Assembly (NCBI GenBank): GCA_041750655.1
Contig: JBGSYZ010000017.1
Span: 4,142-68,141 of the forward strand
Direction of reading: 5' to 3'
Origin: Minisyncoccia bacterium
Lineage (GTDB): Bacteria > Patescibacteriota > Minisyncoccia > Phycocordibacterales > UBA918
Length of the DNA stretch: 64,000 nt
Both the position numbers and the translations under genes were made by a program. Of the stretch, positions 38,923-48,413 are shown in pieces (position 1 is the first letter of the stretch; each line of letters starts with the position of its first letter). The notes beneath the pieces are model-generated. The model made no database searches. It saw only the letters and a list, made by a program, of their open reading frames with translations, and was not told where the DNA came from.

Positions 38923-41900
38923 TTACGCCTCAGCTGGGACGTTGTCAACTTCACTAAGCACAGGTTGGTTGGGGTCGAGGGATTTTACTTTATCTAAGAG
39001 TACACTCGGTTCGTCGTTTCTAATACTCAATTTACCCTTAATAGCCACGCATTGTCCTGGCTGTAGTAGTAGTCGGTGGTTTTGATATATCTCCGGGAAA
39101 GCCACGGTCTCGATAGTGTCCTTTTGGTCAGCCAGACGAATAAAAGCCATCCGGTCACCTTTTTTCGTTAGTAGTTCTTTGACTGACTCTACCAGACCAG
39201 TGGTTACTACCTCGCCTTTAAATCGGACTATTTGGATTTCTTCTTTTTCTTCTACCGCTTTTTTTATTTCCCCGATTGCAGTTCGTTTGGCGGTTTCGGC
39301 TTTGAAGGCATCAAGCGGATGACCGGATACGTACACTCCGAGCAATTCTTTTTCCCATAGTAGTTTTTGTTCTTTGGTAGCTGGGTTTGCATCAGGAATT
39401 TGGAGAGAATCTTCGGCACTCATTACTGCACCAAAAAGAGAATCTTGACCGGTTTCTTTACCAGCGACATGCTCACGATTGAATTCAAGTAAGTACTCAG
39501 TGGCAGCATAGAGTTTGCCGCGTTCTTCAAAACTATCAAACGCTCCGGTCATTACCAACGCTTCGATAGATTTTTTGTTGAGATTTTTGTCGTGGACGCG
39601 AGTGAGAAAGTTGGCCAGGGAAGTGTACTCACCGTTAGTTTTACGTTCTTCTACAATCGCGTGCGCAATTCCTTCACCAAAGTTTTTGATAGTAGTAAGT
39701 CCAAACCGAATACGATTTTCATTTGGTACTACCGAAAAATCTTCGAATGACTCGTTAATGTCTGGTGGCAACACATCAATCCCCATACGTTCGCACTCAT
39801 GGATAATTTCGGAAATCTTTTCTGTATCGCCGGCATCAGCGGTGAGTACTGCACTCATGTACTCCACTGGGTAATTAGCCTTCATATAGGCTGTTTGGTA
39901 AGCCACCCGGCCATAACTTGCCGCGTGAGCCTTGTTAAACCCATAGCCCTGGAATGGTTCGAAGAGCTGCCAAAGCTTTTCAGCGAACGCTTCAGTTTGT
40001 CCGTGTTCAACAATACCTTGGGTTAGTTTGTCTTTCTCAGCGGCCATTACTTCCGGGATCTTTTTACCCATGGCTTTACGAAATTTGTCAGCTTCGAGCC
40101 AACTATAGCCAGCCAGTTTTATAGAACTTAATAGCACATCCTCTTGGTACACAATTACCCCGAGTGATTCTTTCAGGTATTCTTCCATACGAGGGTCGGG
40201 GTAGGAAATAAGAGTTGGGTTGTGTTTTCGAGCAATGTACTCTGGTATGTTGGCCATTGGACCAGGGCGATAGAGAGCTACCATGGCGTTAATATCGTGG
40301 ATGCTGGTGGGTTTGAGTTGTTTGAGAAAAGCGGTCATGCCCGTGCCGTTGAGTTGGAATAATCCCATGGTTTCACCCCGAGCGAGCATGTCGAACGTGG
40401 TTTTGTCATCGATCGGAATATTTTCAATATCAACTTCTACACCACGAATCTTTTTAACTCGTTTCACTGCGTCAGCCAAAATGGCCAGGTTTTTTATACC
40501 AAGAAAGTCAAATTTCAAGAGACCAACACCGTCTTCACCGACGCTATGCATTTCGTACTGTGTGATAAATTTTCCGGTTTTGGAGTCGACTTGAATCGGT
40601 ACAAATTTATTCAAAGGTTCGGGAGCAATCACGACTCCGGCAGCATGTACACCCACGTGCCGAGCGCGCCCCTCAATCTTTTTTGCCAAATCAATTACTT
40701 CACGACTTTCTGGATCTTTCTTATAGAGTTCTTTTAAATCTGGTTCAATCTCGATCGCTTTGTCGATAGTCATCGGGAAGCCTTGCGCGCCGAGCGGAAT
40801 CAGTTTGGCAATACGATCACCGACCGAGTAGGAGTGACCTAGAGCCCGCGCCACGTCTCGCACGGCGGCGCGCGCCATCATAGTTCCGAAGGTGCCGATC
40901 TGCGCTACTTTATCTTCACCATATTTTTGCTTGGCATATTCGATAATTTCATCACGCCGATTATCAGCGTAGTCCATGTCGATGTCCGGCGCCGATGGTC
41001 GCTCGGGATTGAGAAAACGCTCGAAGGGGATTTTGTACGCTACCGGATCTACGTTGGTAATTCCGAGCACGTAGGTAGTAAGCGAGCCGGCCACCGAACC
41101 ACGAATAGTAGTAAGGATTTTTCTTTCGCGAGCTTCTCGTAGCAAGTCTCCCACTACCAAGAAATACTTGGCATAGCCTTTGGCTTTTATAATGCCCAGT
41201 TCGTAGTCTAGACGTTCTTTTATTTCCGGATTGTCTAATGATAAACCGCGCCACGCAACACCAGCGTAGGCGGTGTCTCGTAGTTCATCGTCTGGCTCTT
41301 TACCACTTTCGATTGTGTAGTCTGGAAACATCCACGCTTCCTGGCCGAGTTTTATTTCAACATTACAAGCTTCGGCAATTTTTACAGTGTTACTAAGGGC
41401 TTCGGGGGTGTCGATGAAGCGCTCTTTCATTTGAGCTTGAGTAGTGAAAGAAAAGTCTTCAGAACGTTCTTCACTAGTGTCTACTACTCCACCGCTTTGG
41501 ATTTTTATCATTACTTCGCGAGCCACAGCGTCATCTTTTGTCATATAGTAGATGTCTTGGGCTGCCACTAATGGAGTTGAGGATTTTTTGGCAATATCAA
41601 TAATCTTGGTCTGGTTGCTCATGTGTCCGAGTATTTCTGGATGATGAGTGATTTCTAGGTAACAATTTTCACCGTAAGTGGCCCGATACCAATCGAGTGC
41701 GGCACCGGCTCGTTCAGTATCATCGTCTTTTAGCCGCTGGGCAACCTCTCCAGCAAAAGAAGGGATAATACACACAAGGCCTTCGGCATGGGCTTTGAGC
41801 AGATCGTAATCAACTCGGGGTCGATAGTAAAAACCATCGACATTTGAGCGAGTTACAATTTCAATTAGGTTTTGGTAGCCCTCGAATGTCTTGGCGAGCA

Positions 41901-42225
41901 ATACTACGCGAGAGCGGGGTTTATCGATATTTGGTTCTTTATCAAAACGAGTGCGAGGAGCTAGGAAGGCGTCGATACCTAAAATAGGCTTCACGTCAGC
42001 ATCTTTAGCCTTGGTGTAAAAATCAATCACCCCATACATAGCGCCATTGTCAGTGATGGCCATGGCGTCTTGACCGTCTTCTTTGGCGGCTTTTATTAGC
42101 TCTTTGGGTGTGGGGATAGCGTTAAGAAGGGAGAAGTGGGAGTGGGTATGGAGGTGGACGAATTCCGCTTTTAGGCTGCTCATGAGGGTCATTATAGCAT
42201 CGCTCGCAGCGCCTGGAAAAAACAC
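38923..42225 (-). CDS. dnaE: DNA polymerase III alpha subunit
   Basis: The PHP domain 'LHTHSHFSLLNAIPTPKEL...AITDNGAMYG' and the polymerase core are present. It is 1100 aa. Confidence 0.9.
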   Translation of the reverse strand: MFFPGAASDAIMTLMSSLKAEFVHLHTHSHFSLLNAIPTPKELIKAAKEDGQDAMAITDNGAMYGVIDFYTKAKDADVKPILGIDAFLAPRTRFDKEPNIDKPRSRVVLLAKTFEGYQNLIEIVTRSNVDGFYYRPRVDYDLLKAHAEGLVCIIPSFAGEVAQRLKDDDTERAGAALDWYRATYGENCYLEITHHPEILGHMSNQTKIIDIAKKSSTPLVAAQDIYYMTKDDAVAREVMIKIQSGGVVDTSEERSEDFSFTTQAQMKERFIDTPEALSNTVKIAEACNVEIKLGQEAWMFPDYTIESGKEPDDELRDTAYAGVAWRGLSLDNPEIKERLDYELGIIKAKGYAKYFLVVGDLLREARERKILTTIRGSVAGSLTTYVLGITNVDPVAYKIPFERFLNPERPSAPDIDMDYADNRRDEIIEYAKQKYGEDKVAQIGTFGTMMARAAVRDVARALGHSYSVGDRIAKLIPLGAQGFPMTIDKAIEIEPDLKELYKKDPESREVIDLAKKIEGRARHVGVHAAGVVIAPEPLNKFVPIQVDSKTGKFITQYEMHSVGEDGVGLLKFDFLGIKNLAILADAVKRVKKIRGVEVDIENIPIDDKTTFDMLARGETMGLFQLNGTGMTAFLKQLKPTSIHDINAMVALYRPGPMANIPEYIARKHNPTLISYPDPRMEEYLKESLGVIVYQEDVLLSSIKLAGYSWLEADKFRKAMGKKIPEVMAAEKDKLTQGIVEHGQTEAFAEKLWQLFEPFQGYGFNKAHAASYGRVAYQTAYMKANYPVEYMSAVLTADAGDTEKISEIIHECERMGIDVLPPDINESFEDFSVVPNENRIRFGLTTIKNFGEGIAHAIVEERKTNGEYTSLANFLTRVHDKNLNKKSIEALVMTGAFDSFEERGKLYAATEYLLEFNREHVAGKETGQDSLFGAVMSAEDSLQIPDANPATKEQKLLWEKELLGVYVSGHPLDAFKAETAKRTAIGEIKKAVEEKEEIQIVRFKGEVVTTGLVESVKELLTKKGDRMAFIRLADQKDTIETVAFPEIYQNHRLLLQPGQCVAIKGKLSIRNDEPSVLLDKVKSLDPNQPVLSEVDNVPAEA

Positions 42226-42260
42226 GCGTAGGTTGCCCCGGCGGGCAACTCGCTATGCTC

Positions 42261-42333
42261 GGACACAGACAAAGCCGATGTTTCAAACTGCGGTTTGAAA
42301 CACTTCGCATCGGCTTTGTCCGGCTCTGTGTCC
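42261..42333 (+). promoter_or_regulatory. Nested hairpin in the divergent dnaE / ABC-transporter intergenic region. A 13-bp outer stem encloses a 9-bp inner stem and is followed by a short T-run.
   Basis: GACAAAGCCGATG pairs with CATCGGCTTTGTC. GTTTCAAAC and GTTTGAAAC pair around 'tgcg'. The outer GGACACA/TGTGTCC extension also pairs. 'GTTTTTCC' follows downstream. Confidence 0.45.
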
Positions 42334-42401
42334 TGTGCAATGTTTTTCCCTGGCGCTGCTCGCTCAGTCACATAAATAAAAAGAAACTGGGTGATATACT
42401 T

Positions 42402-43130
42402 ATGTTCAATATGGCGAGGCGACACACTGGTATTTATTACTCTCGGGTTCATCTTTTGGTGACACTATCGTTCGTCATCGCTCCTATTATTTTTTTGTTA
42501 TTGTTTGCTCGATTAACACCATTAACACTTAGCGACTTAGTCAATGATTTTTCTCAGTCTATCTTTCGTTTATTTGTGGCCTATATAGTAGCGGTTCTGT
42601 TGGCCTGGACGTTAGCGCTCTTGTTTTCGACTGGTAAAAGAAGTGCAGTGGCATTGCCGGTATTTGATGTCTTACAGAGTTTCCCGACGTTTGCGCTGGT
42701 ACCTTTGGCCGTTCTGACATTTGGCGCATCAAATTCCACCGTGATATTTTTTTTGGTCATTACCATTATCTGGCCACTTTTGTTTTCAACAGTAAATGCT
42801 ATCAAACTTATTCGTAAAGAATATTGGGAAGTGGCTGATGTCTACGGGTTACAAGGCTGGCATCGTTTAAAATATTTTCTGTTTCCAGCCAGTATCCCAG
42901 GTATTGTGACCGGTTCTATTATTGGTTTGGGCGAAGGTTGGGAAGCTCTGGTGGCGACTGAAATAATTATGAAAACTGATATTGGTTTAGGAAGTTTTTT
43001 TCAAAAAAGTTCGTCGGATGTCGTAATAACAACCTTGGGCATTATGCTGTTGATGCTCTTTATTTTTAGTCTCAATCGCCTCATTTGGACACCAGTATTG
43101 GCCCGGGTGTACATGCGTATGCAAGAATAA
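42402..43130 (+). CDS. ABC transporter permease (NitT/TauT-like binding-protein-dependent inner-membrane component). The start is set at 'MFNMARR'. The upstream in-frame portion of the ORF is non-protein-like.
   Basis: There are six predicted TM helices. The cytoplasmic-loop EAA-like motif is 'GLGEGWEALVATEIIM'. Confidence 0.65.
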   Translation: MFNMARRHTGIYYSRVHLLVTLSFVIAPIIFLLLFARLTPLTLSDLVNDFSQSIFRLFVAYIVAVLLAWTLALLFSTGKRSAVALPVFDVLQSFPTFALVPLAVLTFGASNSTVIFFLVITIIWPLLFSTVNAIKLIRKEYWEVADVYGLQGWHRLKYFLFPASIPGIVTGSIIGLGEGWEALVATEIIMKTDIGLGSFFQKSSSDVVITTLGIMLLMLFIFSLNRLIWTPVLARVYMRMQE

Positions 43131-43132
43131 AT

Positions 43133-43885
43133 ATGAATACCAAAGATATATTTATAAAAATTGAGAAGTGTAATCTTGCTTTCAAGCTTCAGTTTCAACG
43201 ACACAAATTGACAGTACTTAAGGATGTGACCATTGATGTCCACCAAGGAGAATTTCTAGTTTTGCTTGGACCGTCTGGTTCTGGTAAGTCGACGTTGCTC
43301 CGAGTAATGAGCGGGCTGGAGAAAGAATACACTGGCAAGGTAGAGATGCTCAAAGGGGTAGGGTTTGATGATGTTAGTTTTGTCTTTCAACAGTTTGCTT
43401 TGTTTCCGTGGTTGACCGTGTTTGAAAACATTGCTCTTGGACTAGTGGCGCGAAATGAAACAGAATCAGTTATCAAGAAAAAAGTGACTGAGGTCGCCAG
43501 GACACTGGGACTTCATTCGTTTATTAATTCCTATCCACGCGAGTTATCTGGAGGAATGAAGCAGCGGGTCGGGATTGCGCGAGCCTTGGTGACTGATCCA
43601 AAAATTATTTTTATGGACGAGCCATTTTCTGGCCTCGACTCATTTACCGCCGCCGAACTGCGTAAAGATTTGCTTCGAATCTGGGCAGAAAAGGGAATGA
43701 CGATTGTATTAGTAACCCATTTAGTATCTGAGGCGGTCGAAATGGCTGATCGGATTGCCATAGTGACACCGCGCCCAGCTACTATAGAAAAAATTATTGC
43801 CAATAAGCTCGCTCGCCCGCGGCAAAACCGGACCGAGGATTTTTACACAATGGAGGATATGATTACGGATTTGGTGCGGCCGTAA
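43133..43885 (+). CDS. ABC transporter ATP-binding protein
   Basis: Walker A 'GPSGSGKST', signature 'LSGGMKQRVGIARAL', Walker B 'IIFMDEPFSGLD'. The start is set at 'MNTKDIF', directly after the permease stop. Confidence 0.8.
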   Translation: MNTKDIFIKIEKCNLAFKLQFQRHKLTVLKDVTIDVHQGEFLVLLGPSGSGKSTLLRVMSGLEKEYTGKVEMLKGVGFDDVSFVFQQFALFPWLTVFENIALGLVARNETESVIKKKVTEVARTLGLHSFINSYPRELSGGMKQRVGIARALVTDPKIIFMDEPFSGLDSFTAAELRKDLLRIWAEKGMTIVLVTHLVSEAVEMADRIAIVTPRPATIEKIIANKLARPRQNRTEDFYTMEDMITDLVRP

Positions 43886-43942
43886 AGGCGTTGGCCGCAT
43901 CCCCCTGAGGTGATACACGACCAGTTACGAGTGTTTGAAAAA

Positions 43943-43972
43943 GAAAACGCGCCCGGGAGCGGGCGCGTTAAA
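43943..43972 (-). terminator. Intrinsic terminator for the minus-strand membrane-protein gene, partly bidirectional
   Basis: 'AACGCGCCCGggagCGGGCGCGTT' has T-runs on the minus strand. Confidence 0.65.
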
Positions 43973-43986
43973 TTCATGTGTATTCA

Positions 43987-44373
43987 CTAGCTGTTGTAGC
44001 GACCTTCAACCAGGGTTCCAAATCCCCTGATTGCGGCGATAACAGAACCGACCAATGCAGTTGGTCCAGCCAACAGTATCGCTATCAACAAACACCAGAG
44101 TACCCACGGCTCTACGATACTATGTAGCCAATAAATACTCAGTACAGCAATGTAAGCTGAGACTATAATTATTTTATAGTTGTTATGTATTAACCATAGA
44201 ATGAACTTACTGACCAGGAACCAACAGAGTAGCAGTCCGGTTACCAATGTGATCAGGAACCCTGACCACTTGTCCAAAAACGGATTTTCCGCGTTTACCC
44301 CAGTCAGCAGGAATGGCAACCAAGCAGTACAGGTGAGTACTCTTAATGCTGCTTCCAAGATTGCTTTTTTCAC
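43987..44373 (-). CDS. Hypothetical integral membrane protein (4 TM)
   Basis: Four hydrophobic helices are present. No family is recognised. Confidence 0.45.
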   Translation of the reverse strand: MKKAILEAALRVLTCTAWLPFLLTGVNAENPFLDKWSGFLITLVTGLLLCWFLVSKFILWLIHNNYKIIIVSAYIAVLSIYWLHSIVEPWVLWCLLIAILLAGPTALVGSVIAAIRGFGTLVEGRYNS

Positions 44374-44738
44374 TTCATCTATCTCCTTAAATTTGTGTGT
44401 ATTCTATTATTTATTCAAACATTAAAAAATATGAATGTCAATATCTGCTATATTTAGAATATGAAATTCGAGGTTGGCATGAACAAAGCTGATGATAAGT
44501 GACCTAATGTCACTTCGCAAGACTTTTTCATAAATCTTTGATTTTGAAAACGTAGACTACTTCTGTAAGAAGACTTTCACAGGAGGTTGCCAGTTATTTT
44601 TAAATAGAAACAAAGACAATCAGAACAGCTCCTCTAAACAAGTTTGCTTTCACTGCATTCGTGTAAAATAAAAGCAAACTTTTATTTTGTCACTCATTTG
44701 TGAAAGTAAGGAGGAGGGTCGTATTTTGGAATAAAACT

Positions 44739-45347
44739 ATGAATGAAAAATTATATGTTGTCGGGATTGACGAAGCTGGTCGAGGACCACTTGCAGGGCC
44801 GGTGGCGGTGGGGGCGGCGGTAGTGCCGAGCGATTTTGACTGGGAAAAGCATTTGCCAGGAGTGACCGATAGTAAGAAAATTAGTGAGAAGAAGCGGGAG
44901 GAGATTTACCGGGCAGCGCTGAAGCTAAAGGCTTCAGCGCTGCTTGATTTCAGAGTGGGTTTATCTTCAGCCAAAAATATTGATGATTTTGGAATAGTAC
45001 CGTCTATAAAAATGGCTATTGCTGGTTGTTTGAAAAAGCTGGAATTAAATCCGACTAAAGTATCGGTAAAACTCGACGGGGGATTGAAGGCGCCGGAAGA
45101 ATATATCCATCAAGAAACTATTATTAAAGGCGACAGTACGGAAAAAGTAATTGGGTTGGCGTCGATTCTGGCCAAAGTGACTCGAGATCGGTATATGGTG
45201 CGAAAATCTTCTTTGAAGATTTTCGCACCATATGATTTCTCCACCCATAAAGGCTACGGTACCAAGAAGCATTGTGAAGCTATAGCCAAAAACGGTCTTA
45301 GTTCAGAGCACCGAAAGAGTTATTGCAAAAATATTATTTTGTTGTAA
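44739..45347 (+). CDS. rnhB: Ribonuclease HII
   Basis: 'LYVVGIDEAGRGPLAGPVAVGAAVV' is the RNase HII N-terminal motif. The longest ORF begins at GTG 44700. AAGGAGG lies at 44707-44713. Confidence 0.8.
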   Translation: MNEKLYVVGIDEAGRGPLAGPVAVGAAVVPSDFDWEKHLPGVTDSKKISEKKREEIYRAALKLKASALLDFRVGLSSAKNIDDFGIVPSIKMAIAGCLKKLELNPTKVSVKLDGGLKAPEEYIHQETIIKGDSTEKVIGLASILAKVTRDRYMVRKSSLKIFAPYDFSTHKGYGTKKHCEAIAKNGLSSEHRKSYCKNIILL

Positions 45348-45392
45348 TATTTTGGCTCGCTCATTTGAGGAGCGAATCACAGGGAGCCTACA

Positions 45393-45584
45393 GTGCCAGA
45401 GGAATATCTTCACATTCACGCCAGCGGCAAGTCCGCCGATATGATGGCTGCGGCCATCAAGCTGAGCGAGTCGCTGACCAAAGCGGCCAATCAGAACCGT
45501 CAAACTGTGGCCGATCTTGCTGCACACAACGCCGCGCTGTACGCACGGCTGTTCACCCCGTGGTGGCTCATCAAAGCCGCCTAA
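45393..45584 (+). CDS. Hypothetical Ala-rich small protein (63 aa) with a GTG start, in a GC-rich roughly 250-bp segment
   Basis: SD 'AGGGAG' lies 6 nt before GTG. Local GC is clearly above the flanks. A strong terminator follows immediately. Confidence 0.4.
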   Translation: MPEEYLHIHASGKSADMMAAAIKLSESLTKAANQNRQTVADLAAHNAALYARLFTPWWLIKAA

Positions 45585-45594
45585 CGCTCTTTTA

Positions 45595-45633
45595 GACCGG
45601 CACCCAACTTGAGGGTGCCGGTCAAATCTTTTT
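45595..45633 (+). terminator. Intrinsic terminator
   Basis: 'GACCGGCACCCaacttgaGGGTGCCGGTCAAATCTTTTT'. Confidence 0.75.
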
Positions 45634-45676
45634 ACATATTGCATTATTACTCATTTCTGCTATAGTTCTGCCCACT

Positions 45677-46000
45677 ATGGTAGTACGAATGCGTAATAAC
45701 CGTTCGCAGAGCAAGCAGCGTCGAAGTCATCATGGACTTTCCGCTCCTGAGCTCGCGACCTGTAAAAACTGTGGAGCCCACCATCGGCCGCACCACATGT
45801 GTCTTGATTGTGGTTTTTATAATGGCCGACAAGTAATGGATTTGGCAGCTGACAAAGCTAAACGAGAAGCTCGTTTAAATGCCAAGAAAGATGTTATTAA
45901 AGGCTCACACGAAGAACACGAAGAGGTAAAAGCAGAAAAGAAACCAAAAGCCAAAGCAAAAAAGGCAAAAGTACAAGCGGAAGACGAGTCTTCAAAGTAG
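45677..46000 (+). CDS. rpmF: Ribosomal protein L32 with a Lys/Glu-rich C-terminal extension
   Basis: 'RNNRSQSKQRRSHHGLSAPELATCKNCGAHHRPHHMCLDCGFYNGRQV' is an L32 zinc-ribbon. A terminator follows at 46007-46039. Confidence 0.8.
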   Translation: MVVRMRNNRSQSKQRRSHHGLSAPELATCKNCGAHHRPHHMCLDCGFYNGRQVMDLAADKAKREARLNAKKDVIKGSHEEHEEVKAEKKPKAKAKKAKVQAEDESSK

Positions 46001-46086
46001 ATATAATCCCCAAAATCCCCGCAACCAGCGGGGTTTTTGAAATAAAAGGGTGGTATGATAGGAGGTAGATTAGATAAGTTCAATAT

Positions 46087-47001
46087 TTGATAGTTATGGC
46101 AAATAGGCACCTTTCACGTTCGATTGTTCTTCAAACACTCTTTGAGTGGGATTTAAATAGTATCGAAAAAGCAAAAGTAACCGACGCCTTAAAACGCAAC
46201 GTAGAAGAGTTTGCACCCAATAAAACTGATTTACCGTTCATGGAGAAGCTCCTGGATGGCATTTTACAAAAACAAAGTGAGCTTGATTTAATTATCACTA
46301 AAGCGGCTCCAGATTGGCCGTTAGATAGAATTTCGCCTGTTGATAGAAACATCCTTAGGCTCGGTCTGTACGAGCTTCTTTTTGCTGATCGTAAAGAAGT
46401 GCCAGCCAAAGTGGCTATCAATGAAGCTATTGAACTCGCTAAGCAATTTGGTGGTGACAATAGTGGTCGGTTTGTTAACGGTGTATTGGGGGCGGTGTAT
46501 AAAGAGATTGGCGAACCCGGAAAAGACGAAACCGGGAAGAAGCGAAAGAAAGATGTTCCGTTTGAAGACATGCCTATTGAGCGACTTTCAGGAGCGGTAG
46601 TGTACTCACTAGATGAAAACGGTGACATGTTTCTAGCGTTAGTTCACGATATATTTGGTCACTGGACTTTGTCTAAGAGTAAAATTAAACCAGAAGAAAC
46701 TATCGAAGATGGAGCGGTACGGGCTCTTAAAGAAGAAATTGGTTTAGAGGTAAAAATTGAAACTCAACTTGGCAGCAATGAATACGTGGCTTCCCAACCT
46801 GAAGTTGGTAAAGTGCGTAAGCAGGTAAACTACTTTTTAGCCAAAGCCGAATACAAAGAACTCAGTTTGGAGAAAAAAGGTGGCCTGGATGATGCTCAGT
46901 GGTTTAAAGTGGCCGATATCCTTGATTTAAATTTCTACGAAGATATTTTACCAATTGTCACTAAGGCCGTAACCCACCTGGTTGCCAAAAAAACGACATG
47001 A
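46087..47001 (+). CDS. nusB: NusB (transcription antitermination factor) N-terminal domain fused to a C-terminal Nudix-hydrolase-like domain
   Basis: The NusB domain is unmistakable: '[32 protein letters not shown]' compared with E. coli '[29 protein letters not shown]'. The C-terminal 160 aa carry a Nudix-box-like '[24 protein letters not shown]'. The 304-aa length is roughly twice that of NusB. Confidence 0.7.
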   Translation: [304 protein letters not shown]

Positions 47002-47019
47002 GTGTAGTGTAGCCCCATT

Positions 47020-47730
47020 ATGGAAGTGACCAATAACGGAGAACTCAATGTTTCGGCTCTAGAGAAGATTTTAGGTGTAGAGTTCAAAAATAAGGAATTT
47101 CTACTTTCAGCGATGACCCATCGCTCGTACTTGAACGAACATAAAGAAGCCAACCAAGACCACAACGAACGGTTGGAGTTTTTAGGGGACGCCGTCCTTG
47201 AGTTGGTGATTACTGATTTTCTCTTTACAAAATACCCAGACAAACCGGAAGGTGAATTAACCGCTGTACGAGCTGCGTTGGTAAACACTAATAGTCTGGC
47301 AGAGGCTTCAACCAAACTGGGTCTTAATGATTTCTTGCTTCTTTCTAAAGGCGAAGCTAAAGATACTGGGCGAGCTCGAGTATATATTTTGGCTAACTCG
47401 TTTGAGTCAGTCATTGGTGCCATGTATATGGATCAGGGCTATGAAGTAGCTAGAGATTTTATTGGACGCCAACTGTTTGCTCAAACTGATAAGATTGTTG
47501 AAAAACGTCTATGGCAAGATGCTAAGAGTCGTTTCCAAGAAATGGCTCAAGAACATGCGGGCGTAACTCCAAATTATGAAACTCTCAGCCAAGTTGGTCC
47601 GGATCACGATCGAATTTTTACAGTCGGAGTATTTCTGGGTGATAAAAAAATAGCAGAAGGAAACGGTCGGGCCAAACAGGAAGCTGAACAAGCAGCAGCC
47701 GAAAAAGCAATAGAAATAAAAAATTGGTAA
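47020..47730 (+). CDS. rnc: Ribonuclease III
   Basis: 'ERLEFLGDAVLELVITDFLF' is the RNase III signature. A C-terminal dsRBD is present. A terminator follows at 47765-47798. Confidence 0.9.
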   Translation: MEVTNNGELNVSALEKILGVEFKNKEFLLSAMTHRSYLNEHKEANQDHNERLEFLGDAVLELVITDFLFTKYPDKPEGELTAVRAALVNTNSLAEASTKLGLNDFLLLSKGEAKDTGRARVYILANSFESVIGAMYMDQGYEVARDFIGRQLFAQTDKIVEKRLWQDAKSRFQEMAQEHAGVTPNYETLSQVGPDHDRIFTVGVFLGDKKIAEGNGRAKQEAEQAAAEKAIEIKNW

Positions 47731-47811
47731 AAAAGAACTAGGTAATTTTAAATAGTTTGCTCACAGGGGGCGAAAAACCGAAGGTTTTTCGCCCCAATCG
47801 CGTGATAAAAT

Positions 47812-48408
47812 GTGGTTGTGTTTAAGAATTATAAAAAAGGTTTTACGTTAGTAGAGTTGCTGATTGTAATAGCCATAATTGCAATTTTGGCTGGTTTAAT
47901 TCTGGCTAATTATCAAGAAGCTAGGAAGCAATCACGCGATGAAAAAAGGAAGATTGATATTGAACAAATAGCGCTTGCTCTACGTTTGTATGTTGAGAAA
48001 AATGGTCAAACAGTAACATGCATTGATGGTATGAAGATTGACGGGAGCACAAACATCGTCACTCTTGACGGCGGTGCTCAACCAGACTGTAGTGCAGATG
48101 ATGGTCCTAATATAATGGACCACCTTAATTCATATTTTGGGGGCAATATTCCTCATGATCCACTCGGACCCAATAATAATGATTACTATTATTACTTTGA
48201 TTCATTTCATACATGTCAACCTGCCGCTGTACCAATGGTGTTTGCTGTTAATTTAGAATCAAGCCCTACTAATTTATACAAAGTCTGCGCTGCACCAGGA
48301 GGCCCAGGAGGCAATGATGGCGGTTTAAAGAATACAACCGGTCCAGGCATAGGAGGTACCATCAATCCAAGTGCACCATATGTTAAAATTCTTGATTTTA
48401 TAATTTAA
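47812..48408 (+). CDS. Type IV pilin-like protein (third paralogue)
   Basis: 'MVVFKNYKKG|FTLVELLIVIAIIAILAGLIL' prepilin motif. Confidence 0.8.
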   Translation: MVVFKNYKKGFTLVELLIVIAIIAILAGLILANYQEARKQSRDEKRKIDIEQIALALRLYVEKNGQTVTCIDGMKIDGSTNIVTLDGGAQPDCSADDGPNIMDHLNSYFGGNIPHDPLGPNNNDYYYYFDSFHTCQPAAVPMVFAVNLESSPTNLYKVCAAPGGPGGNDGGLKNTTGPGIGGTINPSAPYVKILDFII

Positions 48409-48413
48409 TTTTA

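Noticed and set aside
45303-45644. Alternative ORFs 45303..45644 (-) and 45323..45595 (+) in the GC-rich segment
   Set aside because: Both have Arg/Gly/Ser-rich, low-complexity translations typical of wrong-frame reading of GC-rich DNA. The 45393..45584 frame has an SD and a terminator.
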